NCBI RefSeq assembly: GCF_009914755.1
Contig: NC_060926.1
From: the human T2T-CHM13v2.0 reference genome, Homo sapiens
DNA: 64,000 bases
Strand: one strand, 5' to 3'
Position 1 is the first letter of the stretch. Each line of letters begins with the position of its first letter. The position numbers and the translations under genes are program-made. A model generated the notes under the pieces. That model saw only the letters and a program-made list of their open reading frames with translations. It was not told the origin of the DNA and ran no database searches. Positions 26,125 through 37,855 of the stretch are shown piece after piece.

Positions 26125-26593
26125 GTGGGCATGCTGATTTGGGTACAGAAATATTCTTACACTTGGCATTACACTAGTGGAATATATCTTACCTTCTGGT
26201 GCATAACCCTCCAAGAGCAGACTTACTAGATATCTTACGATTGTGTTCTTCATCTGTTTCTCAAATTGCTCTGGACTTGATATCACCAGGGCAGAATTTT
26301 ATAAGGGGCAGCTCTGCCTTCCTGTTTGCATATCTGCATATCTGCTCTCTCTCTTAATCAGACTGCTTAGTTAAAAATGTCAAATACAGCCCTGAAGATT
26401 CTGCACTTAGGACTCCATTCTACAATGCTGAGACAGTCCATTTCAAATCCAACTATCAGTCAGTAATACTCCCACCTCACTTGTAAACCATGTTGAGGAT
26501 GCACTACCAGCTCTCACCTACTCAAGCATCTGTCTGCATTCCTTGCTCCTAATAAGGCAACAAGGCCAGCTTTTAACAAAATAATAACAATGG

Positions 26594-26597
<4 letters not shown>

Positions 26598-26627
<30 letters not shown>
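26598..26627. repeat. (CAT)10 microsatellite
   Basis: Direct count. Confidence 0.95.
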
Positions 26628-26654
26628 AGCAATACTAATATGTCCAGGATACAT

Positions 26655-27190
26655 TGTAGGTAAAAGTGACTTGAGCAATAAAAGCATTCATTATCTGCAT
26701 AAGATACTCAGGGACAGGAGAATTCCTTGGCTAGTCCATTCTCCTGCTCAACTGCATTGCCAAGAACTCAGGTTCATTCCTCCTGTCTGCTCCCCATACT
26801 TAATGTGCTGATTTTTGTCCTCAAGCTCCCTTCCTTTGTGATCACAGGACGGACCCCTGCAGCACACATCCCTATACAGCAAATAAAGTCAGAGGAGGCA
26901 AATTCTCTCCTTGACTTCAATTTTTAAATGAGAGAAATGAGAGAAAATTCCCACAAGCCCCCTGGCTTGCATTCTGTCAGTGTCATTGGCCATATTGCCA
27001 GCATATGGGCATGCCTCAGCCAATCAATCAGCAGTGAGGGCAAAACATTTACTGTGATGGGCTTGAACCAATCACGACACACATGAGACTGGGCACTCTC
27101 CTGAAGCAAGTGGCTAAAATGGAGGACATCAAACACAGGTAGCCTCTACAAGAAAGACGGAAGGGCAAGGGAGTGGATCCAGATGCTACA
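26655..27190 (-). mobile_element. Old MaLR LTR (MLT1L/K-like)
   Basis: CCAAGAACTCAGGTTC, TCATTGGCCATATTG, GATGGGCTTGAACCAATCA blocks. Confidence 0.65.
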
Positions 27191-27558
27191 TATCTGCTTT
27201 AACAGAATCATGCTACATATGTATTTCATGATGAAGCCTAAAGCCAGTGAACAGAAATTAACCCCATAAAAGCAGTGCCTCATTCAGCAAATGAGCAGAT
27301 ATTCTTCAGTACCTATGGAATGCAAGACTCTCAGCAAGCCACTGGGGAAAACATGATCAATTATACATTATATTGAACATGTTTCAATTCACTTATTTTT
27401 TCATTCATTTACTCAATGAATATCCATGCAGTAAATAGTAGTGTCCTTATTACTATTGTTAGTTGGTAAACTACTACCTGTCCTACAGAGTCTTGTCATC
27501 TGGTGAGGTAAACAAGGCATTCACATTCTTATTTAAACATCGTTTACACAGTCAAGTA

Positions 27559-27671
27559 TAGTGGTATGCTGGGGCTGGCTCATACAGGCTCCTGAGAACC
27601 AATTCTACGTATTCCTTTCCAAATTTAGAGTAGCTTACACCACTGAAATTAGAAAATGCTACAAATCAGAA

Positions 27672-27710
<39 letters not shown>

Positions 27711-27749
27711 CACAGAGGCTATTACTAAACATTAACCAGCATGCCACTG
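27559..27749. mobile_element. MER63A-like hAT MITE containing (CA)n at 27673-27707
   Basis: TIRs TAGTGGTATGCTGG / CCAGCATGCCACTG; partly preserved 8-bp TSD GTCAAGTA / GTTATGTG. Confidence 0.82.
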
Positions 27750-27894
27750 GTTATGTGACAACAAAAGTTGAATCATAAACCATGAACTGTGAGTAATACT
27801 CAAATGACGAGTAAAACAATGAGCATAAAAAGAAAGCCCAACTAGCATTGGCCCCTCTACATGGTAGGTGCTCAATACAAAAGTGTGCTAGATG

Positions 27895-28190
27895 GTCTGA
27901 TTGAGGAAGGAGGGAGAAAATGAGCTACCAAGAAAATTTAGGGGGAAAAGTGGCATTTGAGCTGGATATTGAAGAATGGGTGGAATTTGGATAGTCAGAG
28001 AAATAGGAGAGGGCTGTTCATGGAGAACAGGATGAAGACAAATCCTGAGGTAGAGAAAGGTCTTATGATTGTGTCCATGTAGCCAGAGTGCAGAGTGTGC
28101 TTGGAGGGCCAGGGAGTGAGGTTAGAGCTTACTGCAAGTCAGTATGCTAAGGCTTGGACATGAAATAGCTTAGCTTCATTTTTACAGGAA
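27895..28190 (-). mobile_element. L2 fragment
   Basis: GTGGCATTTGAGCTGGATATTGAAGAATGGGTGGAATTTGG is antisense L2. Confidence 0.65.
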
Positions 28191-28264
28191 GTACATTATA
28201 TTTCTGCATTCTAGCTCACATGGATGTATAGATTAGTTGGTTAATTATTACTTAGTTATTTTAC

Positions 28265-28815
28265 TGCAAGATGAGATTGACGATTTACCCAAGCCCTGTG
28301 ATACTAGAAAACAGGAAAGAGTAAAGAAATCTCCTCACGTTTTGTCTTCTGGGAAAGGCTTTTTGCAAAGAAGCACTTCTCCTCCTGTGACTTAGAGAAG
28401 ACTCATAGGTGCCTATTTATTTGCTTATGACACAGCCAGACATAGACCCTCCAAATTCCATTCATTGCCCCATAAATGATTAACTGAATTATTTGTACCC
28501 ATTGACCAATCTGGACAAGCACCTGCTAACTTGCCTTAATCAAACTATTTAAGCTTCCCTCCTCCCCTACAGGACCCTAAATTTGGTCCATCCCCAAGCG
28601 CTGGAACCACCACGCCACCTGCTCACACCTATCCCCTGTACCTGTTTCTTTCTAGCCTTACTTACATCCTGCTATAAAAGAAAATTCATTTCTGACTTGT
28701 AGATATTATGGTTGGAGCATTCTCTCTACAGCAGTAGTCTCTTCCCCGCTTATTGCAAAAATCCTTCTGAAAAATATCTTTTCTTACCTAAATGCGGATT
28801 TGTTTTTATCTGACA
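28265..28815 (+). mobile_element. ERV1 solo LTR (MER67/MER31 group)
   Basis: TG...CA bounded ~550 bp; GACTTAGAGAAGACTC and AGACCCTCCAAATTCC blocks; CCAAT (28506) and TATAAAA (28674). Confidence 0.65.
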
Positions 28816-29611
28816 GAATTATGTTTTAGTCTGTCCCTCTGTGCCTGAAAGCCAGGCCATTATAAGTCCTTAGTGGTCCCAATAGAGACCTAAGCTCTAC
28901 AAGATAAACAGAAAACTACTCTATCCAGGGAAAACAGCTCATGCTCAATGTCATCAAAGATGACGGGCAGGTTAAAGCAAGGGGATAATCTCACATACAC
29001 AAAAGAAATCTAGGAAGTGTTTGCATGTGACATCTAAAGAACCTTTTCTGACTTTGACAATTGTAAGGAACATGTGTTGAGAGTCTTTGAGAAGGGTAAC
29101 CGGTTCATTAATTTGACATTCCTCCACAACAAATAAAAACAAAAATTAGCATCATTATCAGATAATGAATATATTCATATGGCAAGAAAAAATGCTTATT
29201 GGTACCAAAGATAAAATATAGTCTATGATTTTAGAATCATCAGTTGGGACTTCTCTATGTAAGAAAGTATGATACCAGAACCAATATTAAAGTGGGCTGG
29301 CTGAAATTTACAATTGTTTCAGACCCACTTATTAGAACTATATTGATTGAAAAACATTTGAAATCCTATAAGAGCATATTATATTTTAATGGGCAGCTTG
29401 AAGTGCATTTCAATACTCATAACTAAAAATGATGTATTTTACTAAAATTACTCTGATTTAATTATTAACCTGGTTACATCTACTAGAGTATGGTTTCTTA
29501 TGTCAGTTTAAGTAACTTTACGTATTTGAAATTAATAACATAAAAGAAAGACACAAACAAAAAACTTGATATGAGATCTGAGAAGGCAGAGCTTTGCTGC
29601 CTCTTTTCCCT

Positions 29612-29682
29612 CTCTTCTCTCCCTCCTTCCCTCCCTCCCTTCCTTCCTTCCTTCCTTCCTTCCTTCTTTCCTTCCTTTTCCC
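29612..29682. repeat. (TTCC)n/(TCCC)n polypyrimidine repeat
   Basis: Directly visible. Confidence 0.9.
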
Positions 29683-30007
29683 ATACAGCTCAGACAGCCA
29701 TTTTTTGTGGTTGTTGTTTTAAGCAGTGAAGTATTAAAAATACGTTGTTTTCACTGTAGTATTTCTAAACTTGGAAAGGAGAACTAACTTCCTCCCAGTC
29801 AACTCGTTCATTACCAGGAAAGCTTAGAATTCAAAAGAATCAACCATCCCTCCTCTCCACTTCTCTAGCCATTAAAGTGCATGTTTTGCACTGAATTGGG
29901 TTGTCAGAAGCAGTATGACATGTTCTTTCATGGCTAATAGAGAAAAGAAATCAGATAACTTGTCCTTTATATCAGTAAAATTTATAGGCCTTAAGTATCA
30001 GTGAGGT

Positions 30008-30156
30008 AGAGTTGCCAGAGTTAGCAAATAAAAATATAGAACACCCAGTTAAATTTGAGTTATTTCTAATTGCCTGTACATATGTACACTGAAATAAAAG
30101 AAACTGTTGCATGAGACATATGACTACTAAAACATTAATTGTGGCTAATCTGAAAT
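30008..30156. mobile_element. MER53 hAT MITE, one end truncated
   Basis: GTTGCCAGAGTTAGCAAATAAAAATATAGAACACCCAGTTAAATTTGA. Confidence 0.75.
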
Positions 30157-31381
30157 AATTATGTTTTATACTTGTTTAACTATATTTATTACATGTGATT
30201 TGGCTCTTCTTAATAGTTCCTTGCTTTACAGAACTTCCTTACACAATTCCTTACAGTTAAAGTCTCTGTTTCTTTACCTCAAAACATAGCTTCTGCACAT
30301 CTAACTTATTCTGTTCTTTGTTAATTGAAAATTATGCTCAATATTAGCATTACAGACAAGTTTATTGACTAAACATTGGCACTCTGAGAATTGCTCTTCA
30401 AATTTGATTTGTTCAAGTACAAACCATGTTTCATGGTATAACTTATTTTTTCCACACTTCAGGATTATATTGAATTTCCTGATCAGCTTCTTGAAATATT
30501 ATTTTCTGGCCAAAACAAACAAGCAAACAAACAAACAAACAAACCATGTTGTCATCAGATTTTATCATCTTCTTCAACCCTACATATGAGTTTCCTAAAA
30601 TTTGCTTTTGTTTCTGAAATCGCCTTTGGAAGGGTCTTCACATGAGAAAAAAAATATTACAAAAGCAAAGGGAAATTTGATCTGCGTTTTGATTACTTGT
30701 ACCTGCAGTTGCCATAAAAGGTGGGGCATTTATATCTTTGATAATCTCTATAATAGTTAGTGGAACTATTACATTTTTAAATTATGCAAGTAAATTTTCA
30801 CCTGGCACTTAAAAAATTTATTTGCAAATTTGCAAATTTGGAATTAGACAGTGCTTCTGAATGGTAGAAGGACACAGAGTGGTTTAAGCTGAAAGATGGA
30901 TGACTGACAGACAATGTGGAAGGCCATCACAAGATCTGCTGCCACTCATATATCAGTTTCATTTGAATTTCTCTTACACAAAAAAATGTATTATTATTTT
31001 CTATGGCACTGATAAAGGATATCATGCATCTCCCATGCTTAGCTATTAGTATTTGCTGACTTATATCTTACTTTCCACCATTTTTCGTATTGAATGCACA
31101 ATTGCATACTACACAAAGAGCTTCAAAAAGACATACACTTGTTTGGTAAATGTCTACTGCTCATAAAATTTATCATGATATTCACATTTGCCTTTTAACA
31201 TTTTGGGCACTCAAAAGTACACAAATAAAAATGGATAATAGCAACCGTCACAAAAATGGAAAAGATTAAATTTGAGCATCTTAATGTCCATCTTTGGCAA
31301 GTCTGAACTGTGAATAGGGGCTGAATGAACTGTCACAATGGTTGCAAATATGTAAGCTAATGATGAATTACACTCAATATC

Positions 31382-31932
31382 TGTTATGGAGGAAAACTTC
31401 TCATTTTCCTCCAAGGAAGAGTTGAAATTGTAAGGGAGGAACGGTCTCTCCCAAATCAAGCCTGAGCTGATCTTGGATGAGGTTTGAAGAAGCCCATCCT
31501 GGAGAGGCTGGTGGGTTCCAGAGGTGAGAGTGTGGGGGACTCAGCACGTCAGCTGTGCCCCTGGTCACTGGAGTTAGCTGACTTTCAGAAGCACTGTCAC
31601 CGGGGTGAAGACCGGCAGATTGGCTGTTGTCTGTAAGTGAGGGGCTGTCACTGACAGGCTGACTTTCAGGAGCTGGAGCTGTCATTGGTTGGCTGATCTT
31701 CAGAAGCGTAGTTACTGGAGCGAGGCTGTTGCTGACTGGCTCCTTTTCAGAAGCACAACACAAGTGAGGCTATCAGGGATTGGCTGATTTTCAGAGCATG
31801 TGCACTGATGCGAAGTTATCTCTCATTAACGCTGGGCACTTGTTCACTCCTTGGGACTCAGGCCAGAGAGTGATCTTTTCCTTTCTTGAGGGTGAAAAGA
31901 TGTACTTTTAATTCTTCTCAGTCCCCTCTTTT
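31382..31932 (-). mobile_element. Ancient ERV 3' LTR (31382-31920) with polypurine tract (31921-31932); subfamily not established
   Basis: On the minus strand, AAAAGAGGGGAC (PPT) directly precedes TGAGAA...; the element ends ...TAACA; U3-like internal repeats are present. Confidence 0.7.
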
Positions 31933-32649
31933 GGTCTTCCCTCAGCTGACCCTATGGGAAAGACCAGAAGAGGTTGTCCAGATTTTTGTGTGTAGAGGTA
32001 TGATTGTCAGCTAGGTTAATGACTGAAGCACCAATTACCGTGGCAGAAAAATAGCTCTATGTGCCAGTTGTTGTAATGTATTGGTAAAGGCTGAGTCTGG
32101 GACATTTAGGGCTTCCTGATAAAGTCAATATAGGACACAAGACAAAACTCATTAAATTCACAGCATATCCTGTACATGCAGATGTCTGTCACCCCTTCAT
32201 AGGCACCGACTACAGAGGATATGTTATTACTTCATGACTCCTTGCCACATGGACAACCACGAGTAGAACGAGCTAAAATGTTAAGATCAGGTCTGATTAT
32301 TTAGCAAATGCAGTAGATGAGATCCTTGTCCGTGTCTACCCATCATTTCCAAATCTATTCATTAGACGCACGTCTGTGCTTTCTTGGAACTTAACATTTT
32401 CACACTTCGTGTTTCTCCTGAAGCACATGTGTTTGAGTGGAAGATTTCCAACACGAAAATCTCCAAGATGACACCCCACAAGCTCACATTTGAAGTGTAG
32501 GAACACAGACATTACAATATCTGCAAGTTCTCTCTGCAGGGTCTACAGACTGAAGGCTTGAGGGATGTCCAGAGATGGCACTCATCCTGAAACAATATAA
32601 ACGTGAGGAAAGAGAAAGACCATTCGCTTCACCACATCGCATTGTTTTT

Positions 32650-32925
32650 GAAATCTAATTGTTGATTTAATGACCTCTCTCTTTTTGCCTTAACTATTGC
32701 CTGGTAAGCTATTCCACATATTCATGATTCTCTGCACGGAAAAAAAAAAAATAGAAGAAGAAGAAGAAGAAACACTTCCTGACATCTGTTCTGAATTTGT
32801 TTTTCTTTAATTTTCATTTATACCCTCTTGTTCTATCATCTGTGTTGGGCTCAAAATAGGAAACCATGTTGACATTTTCCAAACCATTTAAATTTTATGT
32901 TCTTTAATTAAAATCCCCCTCTTAA
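32650..32925 (-). mobile_element. CR1-clade LINE ORF2 C-terminal fossil
   Basis: Minus translation: LNGLENVNMVSYFEPNTDDRTRGYK*KLKKNKFRTDVRKCFF [microsatellite] SVQRIMNMWNSLP. This matches the CR1 motif RTRGH..KL....FR...RK.FF..RV...WN.LP. Confidence 0.85.
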
Positions 32926-33614
32926 CTAGATAGACATCTAACCTGGTGGGTAGATGCTGTAATACTACATCTAAATGAAGACAATTTTTTTAAAGAATCT
33001 TCTCCCTCCTACAGAAAAAAAAATAGAGATCTTGAAGTTATAGTATTTCTGTGTCATCCAAAGCCAAAGGAGGTTCACATACTTTTATTTTTGCCCTAAA
33101 CTTGTCTGAAACTGTTTGAAATGGTAATATAGAGCTTCATGTCCCACAGCACTGGCGCCACAGGCTGCTTGTCATAAGCAGTTTTCCTGCTGTTTTGGGG
33201 CAATAGTATTTGTGTTGGTCAGAAACCCTGGCTATGCAGACTAATTCCAAATTTCTCAGCTCATATATCCTGTTTACAACCTTGAAAGCTAATATAAGCT
33301 CCTCTACTCTAAACCACTGCATAAACTACATAAATAAAAGAGGCTTGTATTTTTTTATGAGACATAGGGGCCATATCAGACTTAAGTAGAAACAAGTAAA
33401 AGGCTCTCTTCAGGTGAGATTTTTAGTGATGTTGGAACCCATGTGTTCAAGACTAAATTATTTAAAAGCAGAGCCATGAACCTCATTCTGTTTAATATCT
33501 GTAGGCCCCTCCTTAAGACTCTAGAAGACTGCCTTGCAAATAACTGATGTTCCATGGTTTTTCTTATTTTATTATTTAGATCAGCATATATACCTTGTGT
33601 ATGATAAAGAGTGG

Positions 33615-33721
33615 CAGAATATCTGAGAAAAAAATTAAATTCAGAATATCTGAAAATCTGAGAAATGTCTGAGAAAAAATTTACAATTCCGAATATCTGA
33701 GAAAAAAATTAAAATTCAGAA
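33615..33721. repeat. Degenerate ~27-bp AT-rich tandem repeat
   Basis: CAGAATATCTGAGAAAAAAATTAAATT-like unit, about 3.5 copies. Confidence 0.8.
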
Positions 33722-33729
33722 ATGTAATC

Positions 33730-34090
33730 AAAATATATTTGTTTTTAAGTACTATGCTAGAAATTAGACCTATAGTAGCAAACTGAGTAGATCTGGTACC
33801 TACCCTCATGGAAACTTACTTTCTAGGATGAAGCTAGACAATAAACAATAAAACCAACAAATGCATGCTATGAATCATAATGAGCTCTATGAAGGAAAAA
33901 TTGGAGTATTACAAAAGATTAATTAGGAAGCTCAAACTTTAGATTTCGTTGTCCAGGAAGACTGCACCAAGTCTACGACACTTACGGTAAGACCTGAAGG
34001 ATAGAGTGAGAGGAACAGTGTTCCCAGAGGAAGGAACAGTGTTCCCAGAGGAAGGAACAGTGTTCCCAGAGGAAGGAACAGCAGGTGTGT
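33730..34090 (-). mobile_element. L2 3' region
   Basis: GGTACCTACCCTCATGGAAACTTACTTTCTAG...AGACAATAAACAA...GCTCTATGAAGGAAAA...GACCTGAAGGAT. Confidence 0.7.
34011..34081. repeat. Perfect 21-bp minisatellite, about 3.4 copies
   Basis: (AGGAACAGTGTTCCCAGAGGA)3 AGGAACAG. Confidence 0.97.
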
Positions 34091-34099
34091 GATAATGCT

Positions 34100-34608
34100 C
34101 TGTTGTCAAGGCACTGCCCCACTCCCCACTCTCTACAGTGGGAGCAGAAGCTGGGAATGATGCTGTATCTTAGGATCCTTTTTCCCGTGAGATTCCCGGT
34201 TTGCCAACAAGAGAAACCTACATGGATCTTGAAGCAGAAGTGGCGCTGACTCCACAGCTCTCTAGAGCTGGACACAGCCAGACCTGGAAGTGGAGATGGG
34301 CTTCACACAGGGTGCTGGGCGGGCTGTGTGGGTACACATGCCTGGCTGATGCAGACTGCGGCAGTTGGTGGGAGCTTTCAAAGGCGCTCTTGAAAATTGT
34401 AGCAGTTTCCTGGCAAGCCTGTGGAAACAACCACCATTGGCGTTTCAGGCTAAGGTCCCAGTGTCTGTTCTCATCTTTCAACTGGAGTGCACCTGACGTT
34501 TTCTCCCACGTTCTCCCAGTGTTCATGAAAGCCTAATGCTCATAGTAAGCCCCGTTTTCCCAGAATACTCACCATAACTCAATTTTTCTATACAAACTCA
34601 TGTTGACA
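34100..34608 (+). mobile_element. ERVL solo LTR (LTR41/LTR33 group)
   Basis: TG...CA bounded; GAGCAGAAGCTGGGAA and GGTTTGCCAACAAGAG blocks; LTR41-like 3' end. Confidence 0.55.
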
Positions 34609-36954
34609 TGGCATGGGAAAGTCTTAAGGAGGGAAGGCCCTCGGCATAGTCAAAGAGGTCAATACCAGTGAGATGCAAAACAATATTGCCTTAGAAAATA
34701 ATTCTGGGAAAATCCCTCATGATAGCAGGTCTACTAGCATTGGGCATTTGGAAGTTTGTGTACAAGTTTCCACCCGCCACACAAGTTTTCTGTTTTTGTA
34801 AGCTGTAAAGATCCAACAAGCTTGAAAAGTACAGATATTGTTGGTCTTTCTCTACTCTGATCATTCTGAAAACAGGTGAGATGTTAAGTAGAAACAAAAA
34901 AAAAATTGCTCTTCACTCCCTCTAATGGTATTGTTCGAGCTCTGGAATGGGCTCTGAAATACACTGGGAACGTATACCATGTCAAGGAAACTGTTCCACT
35001 ATTCTCAAAGCCCTGACACAGCAGGATGTTGATTATTTCAAAATTACAAATTAGATCCCCATTAAAATACATATAATTAAGTGATTAAATATGGGGAAGT
35101 AATGTCCTGCAAAATATTTACAGTCTACTAACCATAAGCAAATGGTTTGTTTAAAAAAACAAACACACAAACATAGTCCTCCTCTCTAGGATGGACTAAG
35201 ATCATAGATCAGAGGATTTTTGTTTGTTTTTAATCACCTCTAAGTCTGACTTTTTCCCAATAAGATTGGGTTTTCAAAGGTACCCAGCTCAGGGGATGAG
35301 AGACAGAGCAACTGATGATCCTGTCCCTCTAATGATGATTCGCCTTCCCCTGTTGGGAGCCCGAACTCTGCTAAGCCATGAGGTCAATCATCACAATCTC
35401 TGGTTTTTGTTTCTCAAGACATAGAAATTATGAGATACTTGTTTCTATTTTTATAATTAAGATATAATTTATGTATAGTGAAATTCCCCCTTCCAATGTA
35501 GAGTTTGTACATTTGGACAGTACAGCACAATAAAGACAGTAGCTCCACCATACTTGGCCCCCCGCCCTTGCAAATAAACCCAAGGACTTTAATAGGTGGA
35601 TCTGAAACATAAATCCAAAGGCAGCTTTGGAAGAGTGTGCTGAGGCACTTCCCCATCCCGTCCAGCAGTCTCTCAAGGTTTCCAATGAAGGAAGACAAAT
35701 GGATGACATTAGGAATTCCAGCACGTGTGTCTGCCCAGCCCTGGAGTCACACAGGCCAGGGTCTACACCTGATCCTACCAAATTGCCCAGTGAGTTCTTG
35801 GGAAAATCCACTGGAGTTACTAATTCTTAGTTTTCTCTTCTGAAAAACATGATGGGCACAATGATGCATATGACACAGTGCTACTGAGAGCAGTAAATGC
35901 AGAGTGAGGTGTTTCACATGTAGAAGGCACGGAGTCAGTGATACCTCTGGCACTCAAGACTTATCCCTGGTGAGTCCAGTGTTTACCAGGGGTGAATTGA
36001 ATCCTGCATCCTCAAGTTTGGATGCCTCCATTGCATCTGGAAAGGAGGATGAAAGGAAAGAATCCGACCACTCAGACATGGACACGTGACGGAATGAGGG
36101 GGAAGAAGAGCTAGCCAGCACATCTGGCCTTTCATGCTTGCACCATTTATCAATCTATTCACATAAAACATGATAAGGTGACTTCATTTTATTTTATCTT
36201 TTTCTCTCATTTCAATCTTGGGGCTTTATTGTCCTCTTGCATTTGGTTTTCTTGGTATAATTACTTACTCTTTCTGAACTGCCTGTCCTTTCAAAGTGCT
36301 TACTTTGTGCTGTCACAGAAGTACACATTTTTGGCCAAAGTGATGGAATTTGCAGCCAAATGAAAAAGAATATGTGCAATTAATGAAAAAACGGCAATGG
36401 ACTATAATTTACAGATTATTTGGCAGGAGCTAAAAGAGTGAGACATGGCCCATTTTGTTCTCAGCCCTGGTTCCTGTAAAGTCTTCTTTCCATTTTATGC
36501 AAATAATGTAACAGAGAAAGGAAAACTAGGGATTACAAATGTGGGAGAATTTCACAATGCCCTTTCACCCAAAGGGACAAATATTTGATGATCTACAACA
36601 AGATCCCGCCATGCCTATTACATGCCCCCAAATGCTACCATATTGAACTAATTCCTCCCTAATTGCTCTGTTGCAAACATAATTTTCCATGTAATTAAAA
36701 AGACTTGCACAGCATCTTCAAAGATGTTACACAAACTAAACAATTAACTTGATATTAAGGTAAACTTTCAAGGAATTTGGAGTTTGGGGTCATTTGACAC
36801 CCACTGAGTTGGATGGAAGAAAGATATACACACTCTTCCAGGGTCTCTGAAAATGATCTTGCCATAAGAAAAATTGTGTATATGGGTTTCTGTGCTCTGA
36901 TTGTAGGGAATAAGTTAGTGAGAAAAGAAACCATACATCCTATGAAATGAAGGA

Positions 36955-37085
36955 AAGAGCAAAGATTTATGTAGTCAGAAAGATTTCAGTCTCTGCTTCA
37001 TTGCTTATAATTTTGTTATTTAGTGCAAATTATTTAACCCAGCTGAGCCTCAATTTCCTTCCTGTTCTATAAAATGAGCCTACTA
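36955..37085 (+). mobile_element. MIR fragment
   Basis: GCAAATTATTTAACCCAGCTGAGCCTCAATTTCCT...CTATAAAATGAG. Confidence 0.65.
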
Positions 37086-37639
37086 GGTGTTCATCAAATC
37101 TCACATTGGATACATAGACAGGGCCAGATTGTCCAGCACCCTGCAATGCTTGGATTTTATTCTTAGCACACTGGGACACCACTGAACTCATAAGCAGAAA
37201 AATAATGTCTCCCCACTACATTCTCAATAGACTGCTGGATTGGTTAAGTCTTTCTGATTAAAAACAAAAGGATTTAATTCTGGCTAAATGAAGAAATCTG
37301 AAAGGATAAAACCTCTGAAAAACTTGCTCTTAGAAAGGCTCTCCAAGCATCTCAACAGCAGGAAGGAGCTGATCCTCAGCCTCCAATAGTCCCAATTCTT
37401 GTCATACTTGCTCAAGATTCCAATTTGGGAGTCAGCATCTGAGTGCTTAGCTTGGATCACACACAAACCCCTTGGCAGAAGTGTGGGGTCAGGGGTGGAT
37501 CCTCAACATATAGCCCCACCAAGGCTAATGCAATGGAAGAAAAACTGTTCTCAAGGGACGATGATGATGTCTTCACCAAAATCAGGACTTTGATCCTCAA
37601 AGGAACTCCAGCTCCACCACAGTTACTGGTTTGGGGGAA

Positions 37640-37855
37640 TCAAGAGTGGAAGAGATGAGATTAGTTGGAAATGGCTGCAGCGACCCAGGCAGGAGCCAAA
37701 GGTGGCCTGGACCAGACACAGCAGTGCAGGGAAGGACATAAGGAGAGACCTGAAATCGAGTTTACATGTAGAACCGCAGCACTTGCTGATGGGGTCCGTG
37801 TCAGGGTTAAGAAGAGGGGAAGAACGAAGCTTTCAGGTTGAGGATGGCACTCAAT
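37640..37855 (-). mobile_element. L2 fragment
   Basis: GGCTGCAGCGACCCAGGCAGGA...GGTGGCCTGGACCAG...GTAGAACCGCAGCACTTGCTGATGG. Confidence 0.65.

Noticed and set aside
31401-31763. 120-aa Ser/Pro-rich ORF
   Set aside because: Read-through of the LTR's internal repeats, starting at a non-ATG codon.
31561-31797. CRISPR-like repeat-spacer array
   Set aside because: The repeats are degenerate, spacers vary from about 4 to 50 bp, there are no cas genes, and the array lies inside a PPT-flanked LTR.
34012-34066. Triple glucocorticoid/androgen response element
   Set aside because: The half sites are spaced by 1 bp; canonical GRE/ARE needs 3 bp.
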